A stretch of 64,000 bases of DNA. Source: Neoechinorhynchus agilis (taxonomy: Eukaryota; Animalia; Acanthocephala). Both the position numbers and the translations under genes were made by a program. Shown in pieces: positions 11,246 through 22,959 of the stretch. Position 1 is the stretch's first letter. Every line of letters begins with the position of its first letter. Location of the stretch: positions 12,192,784 to 12,256,783 of the forward strand of contig CM121341.1 in the NCBI GenBank assembly GCA_051530055.1, read 5' to 3'. The notes beneath the pieces are model-generated. The model ran no database searches. It was not told the origin of the DNA and saw only the letters and a program-made list of their open reading frames with translations.

Positions 11246-12280
11246 GTTTGTTAACAGAATGTCTCGTGTTGACTACGAGAAATAATGTCAGCAGTATTAT
11301 TGCTTCTTTGTTTAATGGGCCTGAATATACTTGTATCGAATTCGTTGCCGCCATCTTTTCGGTATGGCATTGCTTATTTGAGTGTTTGTTTATCGTTGCG
11401 CATTTCAATGTTTTCTGAACTTTTCGAAATTAATTTATCGCCTTGTCGTAATTTTATTCTACGCGTGAGGAACCCAATTTTTCCTTGAAAAGATTGTCGT
11501 TTACGTCGTTTTGAAGCATTATAAAGGTGTTCTAGTAAACATGTTTGCTTATTAGTTTTCGAGTTGTTGAGCAAACTTTGAACGCCCGTGTACTATTTTG
11601 GTGCTATGTTTACCATTAATAGTCTCCGTTTGTGCACCCGTTAAAGTCTACTTGGTTCGAGCGTCACTCCGTTTTCGAACCAAAGAACCATCTTCATCAC
11701 TCATCCTTGAAACGAAATGTACACGGCCCTTGAACTTGCCTGGATCTACAACGATTTCCAATACGAAATCACTTGGTTGACTCAGGTGTATCAGTACCAC
11801 TATGCGCTCTATGGAGATCGGTATACCGACTATTTTAAAAAGTACCACTGGGTTCAATACTGGAACCACATAGCTTTGTGGGCCATGAGCAGAGGCATAA
11901 CCGAGTAGCTGCCTCTGCTAATGAAGGTCGGCTAAAATCGCAAACTGACCCCTATGTCATAGTCATTGCGATATTTTCAATAAAGTGTTATCTTTATTGC
12001 TTGATCGAATTCTTGTGTTACGCAAACTATGTTCGATGCGAAAATGACTATCAAGAATATTTATTGCTACCAATAATCCAATATAGAAGCAAATCGCGAG
12101 CATTATAATTGGGCCGATAATGTTGTGATTGCATGCAATGCGTTCCCTTAAAAAAACTAGTACCATTCAGCAGATAGAATTTTCGGAATCTTATGGAGGC
12201 TGATATTTAAGAACATTGACTTGCGAGATAAATGAAAGTAATGTTTAATTTGAACATTTTATTTTGCGTTCACGAAATAC
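11246..12280. repeat. Unclassified repeat module Y (partial copies at 26630-27160, 34726-35510, 41925-42605)
   Basis: Near-identical copies sharing short ORFs (for example YNDFQYEITWLTQVYQY..); no recognisable family. Confidence 0.9.
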
Positions 12281-12289
12281 AAAAACGTC

Positions 12290-13070
12290 CCCGCTAAAAA
12301 TTATAATGTTCTTGCGGTTCACTGTTCTCTTTTTCAATGCTCATAGTTGAGCGGTGAATCAATAATTGTTCACGCCTCGCACGAATGATCATCGAGTCGA
12401 TTTCCTAGGAACGTCGTATTGGGTGAAGCATTTCCATTCATTGAATACCACTGCCTTTTTACTGTCGATATCCACAGAATCTCCAACAATGCAAATATTT
12501 TGGATTACCCTTTTCTATCATAAATTTTATCAATCAAAATTAGATTTTAAGGATCTTCAAGAGATTAATATTGTAAAGAAAATTTTTATTCCGAAAGCTA
12601 AAGGTGCCATTAGCAAGCCAAATCACATTAGAATCATTGCCATTCAAAATCCTATAATATCCTGTGTAGAGAAAATAGTCAATAACTCTCTTCTAAATTT
12701 TTTATACTCGAAAACTAATCCCTCCATATTTTCACGGATTTGTAGGCAAAAGAGGTGTGCACTCACTTTTAAATGACTTGAATAATCTTAATCTTCCAAT
12801 ACGCACAAATAAATTGTTAATCCAATTAGACCTAAATAAGGCTTTCGATGCTTTGGATAGGAATTTCCTTTACAAGGTTTTTGTTGAATTAAAGTTGCTT
12901 TTAAAGCTCATTCATAAGAGTCAACACCTTATTAAATCCAAATCCTATTATTATGAGGTGGATCCTTCGTGCACTAGATTTTACTCTAAATTCGGAGTTC
13001 CTCAAGGCTCGCCTTTATCTCCCACCCTCTTTTTTATTGTAACTATTTTTATATTCAAATCAATGAAGGG
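12290..13070 (+). mobile_element. LINE family D reverse transcriptase fragment
   Basis: KIFIPKAKG..IRIIAIQN, LDLNKAFDALD, GVPQGSPLSPTLF; truncated at AAGGCCTCCA. Confidence 0.85.
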
Positions 13071-14348
13071 AAGGCCTCCAATTGTACAGGAAAATCTCTT
13101 TGGCAAAATATTTGCAATAAAAGAAAACCAATTGCTAATAATCGCATGACTTAGTCGTTATGACAACTTTTGATCAATTTAATAAAATCAACCTTAGCTT
13201 TGAAAGTTTGGAAGAAGAAGCGACAAGTATAACTGCCCAAATTAATGCCTTTTCGGCGTGGTCGTCTTGGTTAAAACCGTGACGCGAAATGAGCGATTGC
13301 TGAAAAACATTGCCGAATGTCGCTCCGTCAGAAGTATTCAAATATATTTCAAGTTTTCAACTACACTAATTTAAAGCAGCTAACAATTGACTCCTACAGG
13401 TTTTAGTTCATTAGCGAATAACGAATCAGAGGAGATCGAAATCGTGATTGGAAGTTTTGAGTTTTATTAGGTAAGAAAATGAGCGTTACTACTTCTCAAA
13501 TATCTCTAAATTATATTATTTGCAAAGCAAATACATAACAATTTTAATGCTTTTAGTGCAAACCAAATGTTCGTCGAAGTATTCTCCTAAACATAGGATT
13601 TCTTGGGATGCCGTAAATGTGGTACACCCCCATTACATCGTTGGGTTATAGAAGGATTTCTCGGGATGCTGTAGTCTTTGTACAACCCAATCCTCAGTTG
13701 AAGGATTCTTTAAAACGAAGGATTTCTTGGGGCTTGAACGGTTAAATCGAACCTCGGATGCTATGCAAGCCTCTATTCAAAATGTCCACGCTAATTCGGA
13801 AAAGGGCGTAGACTCCATCTCGGACGTCACCGCAGGAAAATTTTATTTCTGACTAAAATTAAAAACAATTTCAGGTTTGAAACAATGGAGTCTGATTTTA
13901 ACTATTCGGCAGCATAAATCTCCTAACTACTCAAAGAGATCATTGATAACACTAAATTTTCAACGATACAGAATTCCTCGAAAAGAAAATTAGTTGATAA
14001 ACGACGCATCCATTAATTTCCAAAAGAACACTCACGATCGTTGAGGCGCTAATACACTTCCACTATTCTTTGGGACGAATGTAAAAAATCAACCACCACC
14101 TCCGTAACCGCTCGATTCATCGGTCACAAAAAAAGAGCGATGCGATAAACGTAAATGCAGCGATGTAAAGCAAACGACGACTTGGAAGGCAAAAAAACGA
14201 CAGAATTACAACTTTTTTTGTTAATTTGGCGCGCGTTCAAATTTTTATCGTCATTTTTAATCGAAAAAATTAATTCGTGAAAAGTACTCATGTAATGTGC
14301 TTGTTCGGAGTGTTTTAAAATTAACATCAATTTTATTCTTTTCAAAAG

Positions 14349-14932
14349 TGTCTGTTATTGTTTAGGTCGCATTTCGAAGAATGAGGGAGATCGTTAAAGA
14401 CGAATGTATTTCGACCGATTGAGTCGGTCATTCTCAATTCAATCTAAAATAACATAGGGATTCGTCACAACACGTACATGTGATTTTTTATTTGGACTTG
14501 GGACCCAGGAGAGCGCGAGCTTGTGATCCAATCGTTCGTTTTATCGTTTACTGCCTTCATATAGAAGCGAATCATTGTTTATTCTTAAATTTAAACTCAG
14601 TGACTGAATATATGAATTTTGTTGGTCTAATAATGCGATTAGAAAAAACCATCATTGAATCTTTTTTAACATCAAAATGTTTGTTAAAGTACAAAACGTG
14701 CAATCACCACCGTCCGCAAAATTGGAGCTTCTCCCCTTCATCGGCTGTCGCTTTCACGCTAACAGCAGTGCCTCGTTGTACTGCGAGCGAGATATTTTGT
14801 CGCAGGAATACACCTGCTCGTGCGTCGCCCGTCGTTTCTCCCAATTTCTTCGAGATATCCTGGAGCAGGGTAATTGCCGAGCTGCCAAGCGCTCCATACG
14901 TCTCTACTCCGATGGGGACAAAATAGTGGGCC
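14349..14932 (-). mobile_element. 3' end of CRE-like family 1
   Basis: Matches 3871-4454 (offset 10478); HYFVPIGVETYG..QRGTAVSV..CGRW. Confidence 0.9.
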
Positions 14933-16850
14933 AAACTATATAGTGTTTGTCCCCTTTTGGAATACATAATACATTCCTTCTTCATATCGAGTTGTTTGAC
15001 CAATGTTTCTATATTGTAATTCCACCTATCATTTATGCAAGGAATTTCTATATATCGTGTGTCTGCATTCGTTGAAGATCCGATATCCCGATTTTTTGTA
15101 GGTTCCCTTCCGATCATTTGTTGAGTATCTTTCAATGTTCTTAACATTAATTTCTTTGGATAGCCACCACTTTTAAATATATTCCATAATCTATCGAGTT
15201 CGTTATTGAGGCAATTCAAGTTTGAGCTATATCGGTATGCTCTGATGACTAGTGATCGGAATCTCGATAATTTGTATTTGTGTGGTTGAGCTGAGATCCA
15301 AGGTACTATTCGATGCGGGACACCCTGTTTGATATAGACCGATGTGGAGAAAGTGTTATCATAGTTTCTTTTGACTTGTACATCGAGAAATGGTAAAAAA
15401 CCACAATCTTCTTTTTCGCATGTCCATTGAATATGGGAATCCTCTTCGTTTAGTTCCTGTTGAAGTTGGACAGCTGTCCATCTGTCTTGGTCCAATGTGA
15501 TAATGGTGTCGTCTACATATCGACACCAGAATTCTATGCCTCTTAACTTGGTCAAATTTGACTCCTCCCAATGTCTCATGTAAAGTTCAGCAAGAACTGG
15601 CTAAAGTGGGCTTCCCATTGTCAGCCCATCTATTTGATCATAGTTCTGTCCTTCGAACTCAAAATTAGAAAATTTTGTGCAGAAGAGAAGTAATTTCCGC
15701 CAGTCGGTAGCTGACAACTTCCATAGCTTATCATTCTCCATAAGTAGTGGGATGGCAAGTTCGATGGTATCTTCCATCGGTATTCTCGTGAACAGAGATA
15801 CAACATCCGCTGTTACCATGATACATGAATCGTTAATTGTCATTCTATTCAGCCGATTGATGAAGTCCAGCCCAGAGATGATAACATTGTCTGAGTTGGG
15901 TAGGAGTATTTTTAGAAAACTAGCAATCGCTTTGGATAGTTTATAATTGTAGGCTGAATGTGCTGCTACGATTGGTCTAGCTTTCATTACATCTTAGGTG
16001 TTCTCGCATTCACAGATCTTAAATTCTTAGTTTATCTCAGGTATGAGCTTCTGTTTCATCAATCTGGGCATGAAATCATTAAGTTCCTTTTCACGTTTCG
16101 CTGTTGGAGAGTTGTCGAGTATCTTGAATTCTTGTCCTTTCAATATATCCTCTCCTAGATAGCGAAATTGATCGAGATTGACAATATAAAAACCATAGCC
16201 CTTGTCAATTTTCATTATTCGTAAGTTACTGTAACGTTTTAAGTTGACTGCCCAATCGATAATCCTCTTCGTTATATTAGAATCAAGTTAACTTTTATTT
16301 TGTACTGCACTTGTATATCCTCTCTCAAATTTCCACATTGGTAAGTTGTCAATCTTCTTGGATAAATCATAGACCATCTCTTCCGTCTTCACTCTACATC
16401 GAAGTTTGTTGACTCTATTGGTCGGGACAAAATCTGGACCAAAAGAAAGAAATCCCAGTACGGATTTTTGTAGCAGGATGCCCGAAACATTGATAACATT
16501 AGTTAAATTGTTTGTAGGAACGAAAAAATAGCCTTACGTAAGGTTCACCAGTTTCTTGACATGACGATTCTCAATAGTCATTCGTTCTGTTTGTTGAGTA
16601 TTGTTTTCTATCTCGAGTGTCACTATGTTTGACCATTCATAATCTGTAAGGGAACGTAAATTATTCGTGCATATATCATATTGGTCTTTTAAACATTTGT
16701 TCTCGTTGGATAGTTCTCTTAGTGTGTTGTTTAGTAGCCATTTTTGCATGGACTTCTGGGTTCTTGAATTGTCAAATCCCAGTGCTGTTGACCTTAATTT
16801 CATAAAGGACGGTGACACATCATGCAGATTCGCCATAAATCTGCTTTGTT
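14933..16850 (-). mobile_element. Penelope-like element RT, 3' end (GIY-YIG region) missing
   Basis: DKGYGFYIV, ARPIVAA..YKLSK, TADVVSLFTRIP, QIDGLTMGSPL*PVLAELYM, WCRYVDD, LPFLDV; one in-frame TAG at 15603-15601; N-terminal part frameshifted. Confidence 0.9.
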
Positions 16851-17389
16851 ATTGAATATATATCTGCCATTGTTAAATTGATATTTGGCGCAATTAAGGA
16901 ATTAAAGATTAATTTAATTAATTTTAGTTTCAGTCGCACATTTACTAAATGGCAAAATGTTTTAGGTTCGATTGCGAAATGTAGCTTTACTTGGCAAATA
17001 TTAGGTACCAAAATATTCGTGATTACTCACATGGATTTGATATAGATATCGGCTAGGTTCGATTTCATTGTATTTGAACACAGTAGTCTCCATCTTAGCG
17101 ATCGTATTGTTTTATCTGATTTCTCTCTTAGAAAATTTAATGAACAAATTACGCTCTTAATCGATAGAAAGACTTCAGCCTCTTTATTAGATTTTAATAA
17201 AATTATCTTAGACGCTTCTAACTCATGCTTGGTAAAGAAAGCTTTTATGCGTAGAGAAATCAATTCTGAAAAGGCTAATTTGATCTTCAAACTCTAATCG
17301 CAAACCTTTGTAACAGGGCAGAAATGAACAAATATTATGTGTCAAAATTTTTCATTACATTATATAACGAGGAATCGAGAAGGGACAAG

Positions 17390-17865
17390 AAATCTCCTTT
17401 TTTTATGTCAACCCTACTCTAAACCCTTCTGGGACATTATTTTAAAAAATAAATCCATTAGCTGGAAAGCTAAAGCTGCAAGTTGAATTAGTTCGGTATC
17501 ATATCCGTTGGTCGTCGAATATATTCTTAACGCCTATAACTTTAGTGCATTTACTAAACATTTAATTCCCATATTACAAGAAAAGAATTTTAGTTGGAAT
17601 TTGAGCGAGGAAGAGCTACTAAGGGCTTTGGAATACAATTCATCCCGTGCAAATGTGAATGAATAGAACAAATTACTATTTTTAAAGCATTTTTATAGTA
17701 GAATCAACATTGATGAATTAATAGAACTAAATATTGTAAAGAAGATCTTCATCCCGAAAAATAAAAGAAGCTTAAATCACTAATGCCTCCCATATTCGAA
17801 TTATTGCAATGCAAAACTATATAATTTCGGTACTTGGACCAGTAATTGAACATAGATTAATGAGT
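17390..17865 (+). mobile_element. Diverged paralog of LINE family D, pre-RT/RT start fragment
   Basis: FYSRINIDELIELNIVKKIFIPK..HIRIIAMQN aligns with LQEINIVKKIFIPK..HIRIIAIQN of family D. Confidence 0.7.
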
Positions 17866-17899
17866 ATCAATGTGCGGCCTTTTCCCACGGCTGATAATT

Positions 17900-18390
17900 T
17901 TCCTTGGGCACACAGCCGTGGAAAAAGCGCCCAAGTAGAGAGATACGATTGTTCCCATCGCGTGACTTGCTCCAACGAGGCCCATGTGGGTCGATCTTTC
18001 TTTATGTGGAAACCAAGCGGTTGCTACACTGTACAGCGAAGGCCACGCAAGAGCTTGGTCAATCCCAGCCACAATGCAAGATGCCATCATTGTGCCGACG
18101 AATTTGTTAGCGGCAAAAGACAAATCAGGGTCGAAATTGTTAACATTGTCAAAAATATCGACATTGTTCTATGGGCCTCAGTAGTGGCAACGACATAGCC
18201 GCAAAGGAATTGAAGGAGCGCGTATCCAATATAGAAGGATCCCTGAATTATGCCGGTTCGGGTTTTCCAATCGTAGTAACTGTTTCCCTGTTATTTAAAT
18301 TGGAAAATTCCTTCACCATCCCGGTTATTGCTGAGCTTACTGCGTTTCTTTGAGCGTAGCAGGAGAATATTGCGAAGTTGAGTGGAACTG
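17900..18390 (-). pseudogene. SLC17-like (anion:cation symporter, MFS) N-terminal fragment with two frameshifts
   Basis: YAQRNAVSSAITGMV; YDW..GIIQGSFYIGYALLQFLCGYV; GIDQALAWPSL..WFPHKERS..G...GTIV; no intron seen over ~490 nt. Confidence 0.75.
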
Positions 18391-18559
18391 TTATTCTTAA
18401 CGGATGCAAGTTAAGAAATAAAACTTAAGGAAACATTTATTTGGTATTATTAAGCAATAAAATATGTACTCTATTTTGGCTTCGAAACGTCAATTCGGTA
18501 AAGCTTCGGTTCGAGTTTTGATTCAGCGTTGATTGTTCCGTCGAAAATTTCACAAGAAA

Positions 18560-18900
18560 CTGCCCAGATTATCGGAAGTACCTGAATTTATCTACCCTTG
18601 GAGATGCGCCACATGGATTCGAATTGTGTTTAACCTGTGTACGAGCACAGTCAACAAAATCCATCTATATTTGTCAATATATATCACAGTAAACAAATAA
18701 TCTGCCGATAATTTTGTTGGTGCTTCTAAAATCGCATAACCATCCATAATTCAAGCCAGAAGAGTCCAATGAATCTTAGATTATTACTTTTCTTGTATAT
18801 AATTATTAGCATTGCTTGGCGATGTTCCTTTGAGCAATGCGCGATGTCAGTCTCCGCATTCTTGGCACCCAGAGCACCTCGGTAACTTGAAGCCGCCTAT
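18560..18900 (-). mobile_element. Heavily decayed LINE relic
   Basis: PRCSGCQECGD* resembles the family B ORF1 knuckle PRCSGCQCWGHW; VDKFRY resembles late RT motif; very fragmentary. Confidence 0.3.
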
Positions 18901-19499
18901 CCTGAAGATTTCATTGGAAGAAAAATTAATTTAAATCCAATTGAAAAGTATCTTTAAATGATTTATGTTGATTTCGACTGGACAAAATTATGATTTTGCG
19001 CTACTTGACGCCATTCACTTAACTTATACACTAATCAGAAGAAAAATAGTCTTTTTAACGTAGTAGAAAATCAGGAAATAATGCAAAGATAAGTAATTGA
19101 TGCTTCAAGACCTGTTAATTTATGCAAAAATTTAAGCGCAAATTATAGACTTCATTGTTATCTCTAGCTTCATATTTCCACTTCGGCTACAAAAAAAGAA
19201 TATATTGTTCCTTCCTCTTCGACTGCTCACGGCTAATTGTACAAAATCACCAATCTCATACTGGGAAGGTTCCAATCATTGACGTTAATGATAAATCAGC
19301 AAAGACCCTTGTATCAGTTCCGAAATAGAGAGAACGAAGTGCAATTTAACGTATTTACTTTCATCCATGGCAACTTTTATCACCTCAAAATGCTTCTGCA
19401 TTGATTTTACCTTCAACTTTTTGATTTGCCACATCGATTTCATGCAAGACCTTTATTAAAGCCGATCGTTCATTCTCTTTTGAGGGCCACAAAATACTG

Positions 19500-19960
19500 T
19501 CGAAAATAGAATCCGGGATTCACCGGCAAATTGGGAAGTATATTTATCCTCCTCCTCCTCAAACCACGAACGAGCGCATTGTCCGCATAGACAATGCTCG
19601 AAACAGTCCATAATTGCAAAGAACGTATTGCTCCGAATCAGTAACAGTTTCCAAGCACACGCAACAATCTGCGTCTTTGCTGAAATCGCATCGTAAATTG
19701 GATGTCTTTTAAAGGTTTTCGTAACATTCGAAGTAGTGCGATTTTTTTTGGTTTGAATCATCGGAATCCAGTGCATAAGAAAAGCAAATCAAACAAACAA
19801 GTCCGTGCTTTAATGAGCAATTTTGATCGCATGAACTGTTTGCGGTATAATTTGGGCAAATTCCATCGGAGATTAACATTGGAGGTCTCATTATATCACA
19901 AAATTTTGAATCATTGGGTATTCTGCGGGCCATTGAAGTTTCTTGGAATGTTGCGCTCAT
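19500..19960 (-). pseudogene. Makorin-like RING/C3H zinc-finger E3 ligase fragment
   Basis: CPNY..C..NC..KHG then Cys-His motif CLIC..LD..D..Q..H..C, then SKDADCCVCLE, DCFEHCLCGQCARSW and PICR, in makorin order; one in-frame TAA and two frameshifts. Confidence 0.75.
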
Positions 19961-20001
19961 TGTTGAAATGTCAAATTAAGGGACCGGCAATTCTCTTTTT
20001 C

Positions 20002-21060
20002 AGCGTTCAACTTCTGATGAGACAAGCTTCTTTGCCTGTGTCATCTGGGGGATTGGGAATTCGGGCACTAGTCGACCTTGCTTTGCCGGCCTTTCTTGGA
20101 TCGTTTGAGGGGAGCCTACCAGTCTCGAAGAACATTTTGAAAGAAAAGTTTTGTCTTGACCGGGATTTCGTGGTGGCGGTTGAGGAATGGTGCCAGCAGA
20201 CAGGCGCTAACCAAGTTCCCGTGAATGGCCTCAGACAGTCGATCTGGGACGGACCTCTTGTCGCGAGAGCTCACAGCTCTCTTCTTTCAGGTTCTCGCGA
20301 TGGGGTCGTCCGAGCTAGACTGTTGGCAGTTTCAACACGAGAATCTGGGGCGTGGTTGGAGGCTGTTCCTCTGGCATCTGTGGGAACTCTTCTTACTGAC
20401 GAGGTGACGAGGATCGCAGTATCCTTAAGACTCGGTCTCCCGATATGCACGCCCCATCGCTGTCGATGTGGGTCTTTGGTTGATGCTTTCGGGCGACACG
20501 GTCTCGTCTGCAGAAGGTCAGCAGGAAGGTTTTCACGCCATTCTGAAATCAATAACGTAATTTCTCGGGCGTTGAGAACGGCGAACTTCCCGAACATCCT
20601 GGAACCCGCCCACCTCTGCAGACTAGACGGCCGTAGGCCCGATGGAATTTCGGTCTTCCCGTGGCGGGAGGGCAAATGCCTTCTCTGGGACGCCACGTGT
20701 GTGGACACCCTCGCAGCCAGCAACATCCCCTACTCCCTCGAAATCGCCGGTGGTGCCGCCAGTGCAGCGGAAGGGAGGAAGGTACGAAAATATATGCAGC
20801 TATCGAGGGCTCACTATTTTGTCCCCTTTGGGGTAGAGACGTATGGAGCGCTCGGCAGCTCGGCACTCTCTCTGCTCAAGGATCTCTCGAAGAAATTGAG
20901 AGAGGCAACCGGAGACTCAAGAGCAGGCTTATTTCTTCGACAAAATATCTCGCTGGCAGTACAACGGGGCAATGCTGCCAGCGTGATGGCGACGGTCGAG
21001 GAAGGACAAAAGCTGGAATTTGGTGGGAGGTGGTGAATGTAAAGAAAAGTAACCAAATAT
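20002..21060 (+). mobile_element. CRE-like family 2, 5'-truncated (RT C-terminal region plus intact RLE)
   Basis: QASLPVSSGGLGIR, CRCG..RHGLVC, SRHSEIN, RRPDG, LWDATCVDT, AEGRKVRKY, FVPFGVETYG, QRGNAAS, GGRW-TGA at 21036. Confidence 0.9.
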
Positions 21061-21739
21061 ACTGGCCATTGGAAGTCTTAAACCAAAAATTCCGTGATAA
21101 AAAACGGTTCTTTTTCCTTTTGGCAACATTGAATGTTGATATGAAGTAGTGAGTGTTTAACTATTTTCTAATATATAAAGAAGAAACCGTAGGTGTTACC
21201 TGGGATAAGGAGAACGGACACGCTACGTCGCGGGTTCATAAACAACATGGCGTATACTTTTACTATTCAAATAGTCAAATATTGTCTCTTAGGATAAAGT
21301 ACAGGTTTCGATCCTTGGGAATTTCGGGTTAAGGTTTCCGATGACTATTTGCTTTGTTTGGAATTTAAAAGTCTGCTTTGGTTATTGACGCGATCTTCAA
21401 ACCAATTAGTAATAAATATATCTGTAATGAAGATCAACAGAAAAGTAATATCGATAATGAAAGTTACCTTTTTTCCCTACCCGGCTTATTAACTGTCGAA
21501 AATCGTCTTTATTTGTGCAAACAATTAAAACATCGGAAAATATTGTCATTTCAGTAAAAAGAAGTGCAATGCGAAGTAAAGTTGCACTTATGAACTTGCA
21601 AAGTGAAATTAAAATCATTTAACTTATCATTTGATAATTCATTCGAATTGGAAGAGATTTTTCACTTAGTTGTGTACGTAATTCAAGTTTGTAAAAAGGA
21701 TTCCTTCGCCCGCGGATAGCGAACTAATCGTTGTTATCT

Positions 21740-22200
21740 GCACGGAACATAAGAATGGCGGAGGCTAATTTTGAATTGGTCAAAGTATAGTTGAAGTTCC
21801 TATGTTTTTAATTTGCGCAGTTTTTGATCGTGCCTCAATTCTAGAATACTGATTATACATCGTCGATTAAGCTCCTCCGAGCAATGTCAAACGATAATCC
21901 GTTTTATAAAGGTTAGATCGTGTTAATTAAGGGAGCCAACCATATTACTAGAAGTATTAAAAGTTACTAAGACGAAAGTTTCGAATTCCATGCAAATTAT
22001 TGCGAACGCTGCTAAAAATGGTTTAAGCGACTTTATTTATGCATTATGATTGAAGGAAAAACTTCTGTACCTTTCCAAAGGATAAATGACGACGATTAAA
22101 GATCTCACAATTAGAATTTTTGAGACCCTACATTTTTGAAATTTAGCAAATTAATCACCACCTTAAATTGTTCCTAATAATTCTGAACTTTAAACTTAGT
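21740..22200. repeat. Diverged inverted copy of ~33110-33590 (and ~63120-63600)
   Basis: For example CCCTACATTTTTGAAATTTAGCAAATTAATCA at ~22125 is the reverse complement of TGATTAATTTGCTAAATTTCAAAAATGTAGGG at ~33143. Confidence 0.75.
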
Positions 22201-22959
22201 CCGTTGAGAAATAAGGTTACTAAACAATGGGGGGGGTGATTTCGGAATAAAATATTCGAGATATTTGCCTTTAGAGGCTCTCTATTTTTATCTCGTAGTC
22301 TTTGGTGACTTGTTTTCTTCAAAATATATTAACTGCGACAGGTTTATCATCCGTGTTCGAAAAAGCTTTGACGCCGCAAACAATCAGCTGCTACAGATTA
22401 TTCAATTCTTTTCGTTGCGCAGGATTTAACTTTACACTGCTTATAAAAAAGATTAAAATCGTTGTTCTGAAAGTTATTTTGAACTTCCAAGTAACCAAGA
22501 ATGTACTCGTGATTGATGCCGGCTCTTCAAGTTTGCGGCTAAGGCCACTTGCGCCAAACAAACAGCAATGTGGTACTAAAACGATATTTTAAGCCTTCAA
22601 ACTGATCTACTGGATGTTTGATTCGATTCAGAAAAATCAATACCGAATTTTTTTTGTCCGTTCACAAGATATTCTTGAGATTTTCTGTGTATTGTCCGTT
22701 GCTGATCGATGAACGTGAAATTACAACGATTTAATTGGACAATATAATTATTTATTATCGCTGACCATTGATCAAATCTCAACAATATGTGACTACTCAT
22801 ATTTCTCTGTGTATACTCAAGCATTTTGTTTTACCAACGCCGTGAAGATAAATAACAATGAAAAATCAAGTGAACGCAAGTAATATTGTAAGCTGGAATG
22901 ATCCGACTGTTCACTAAAGGAATGCTCAAATAAATCACAACAATTTGAGAAAACATATC

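Noticed and set aside
11717-11908. Tyr/Trp-rich 63-aa ORF as a functional gene
   Set aside because: The copy at 42040 has TGG-to-TGA at 42064, another copy is fused to LINE-C, and no family was recognised.
22502-22540. VLVIDAGSSSLR, an NTPDase/ASKHA-like motif
   Set aside because: Single short motif with no further conserved regions or plausible exons nearby.
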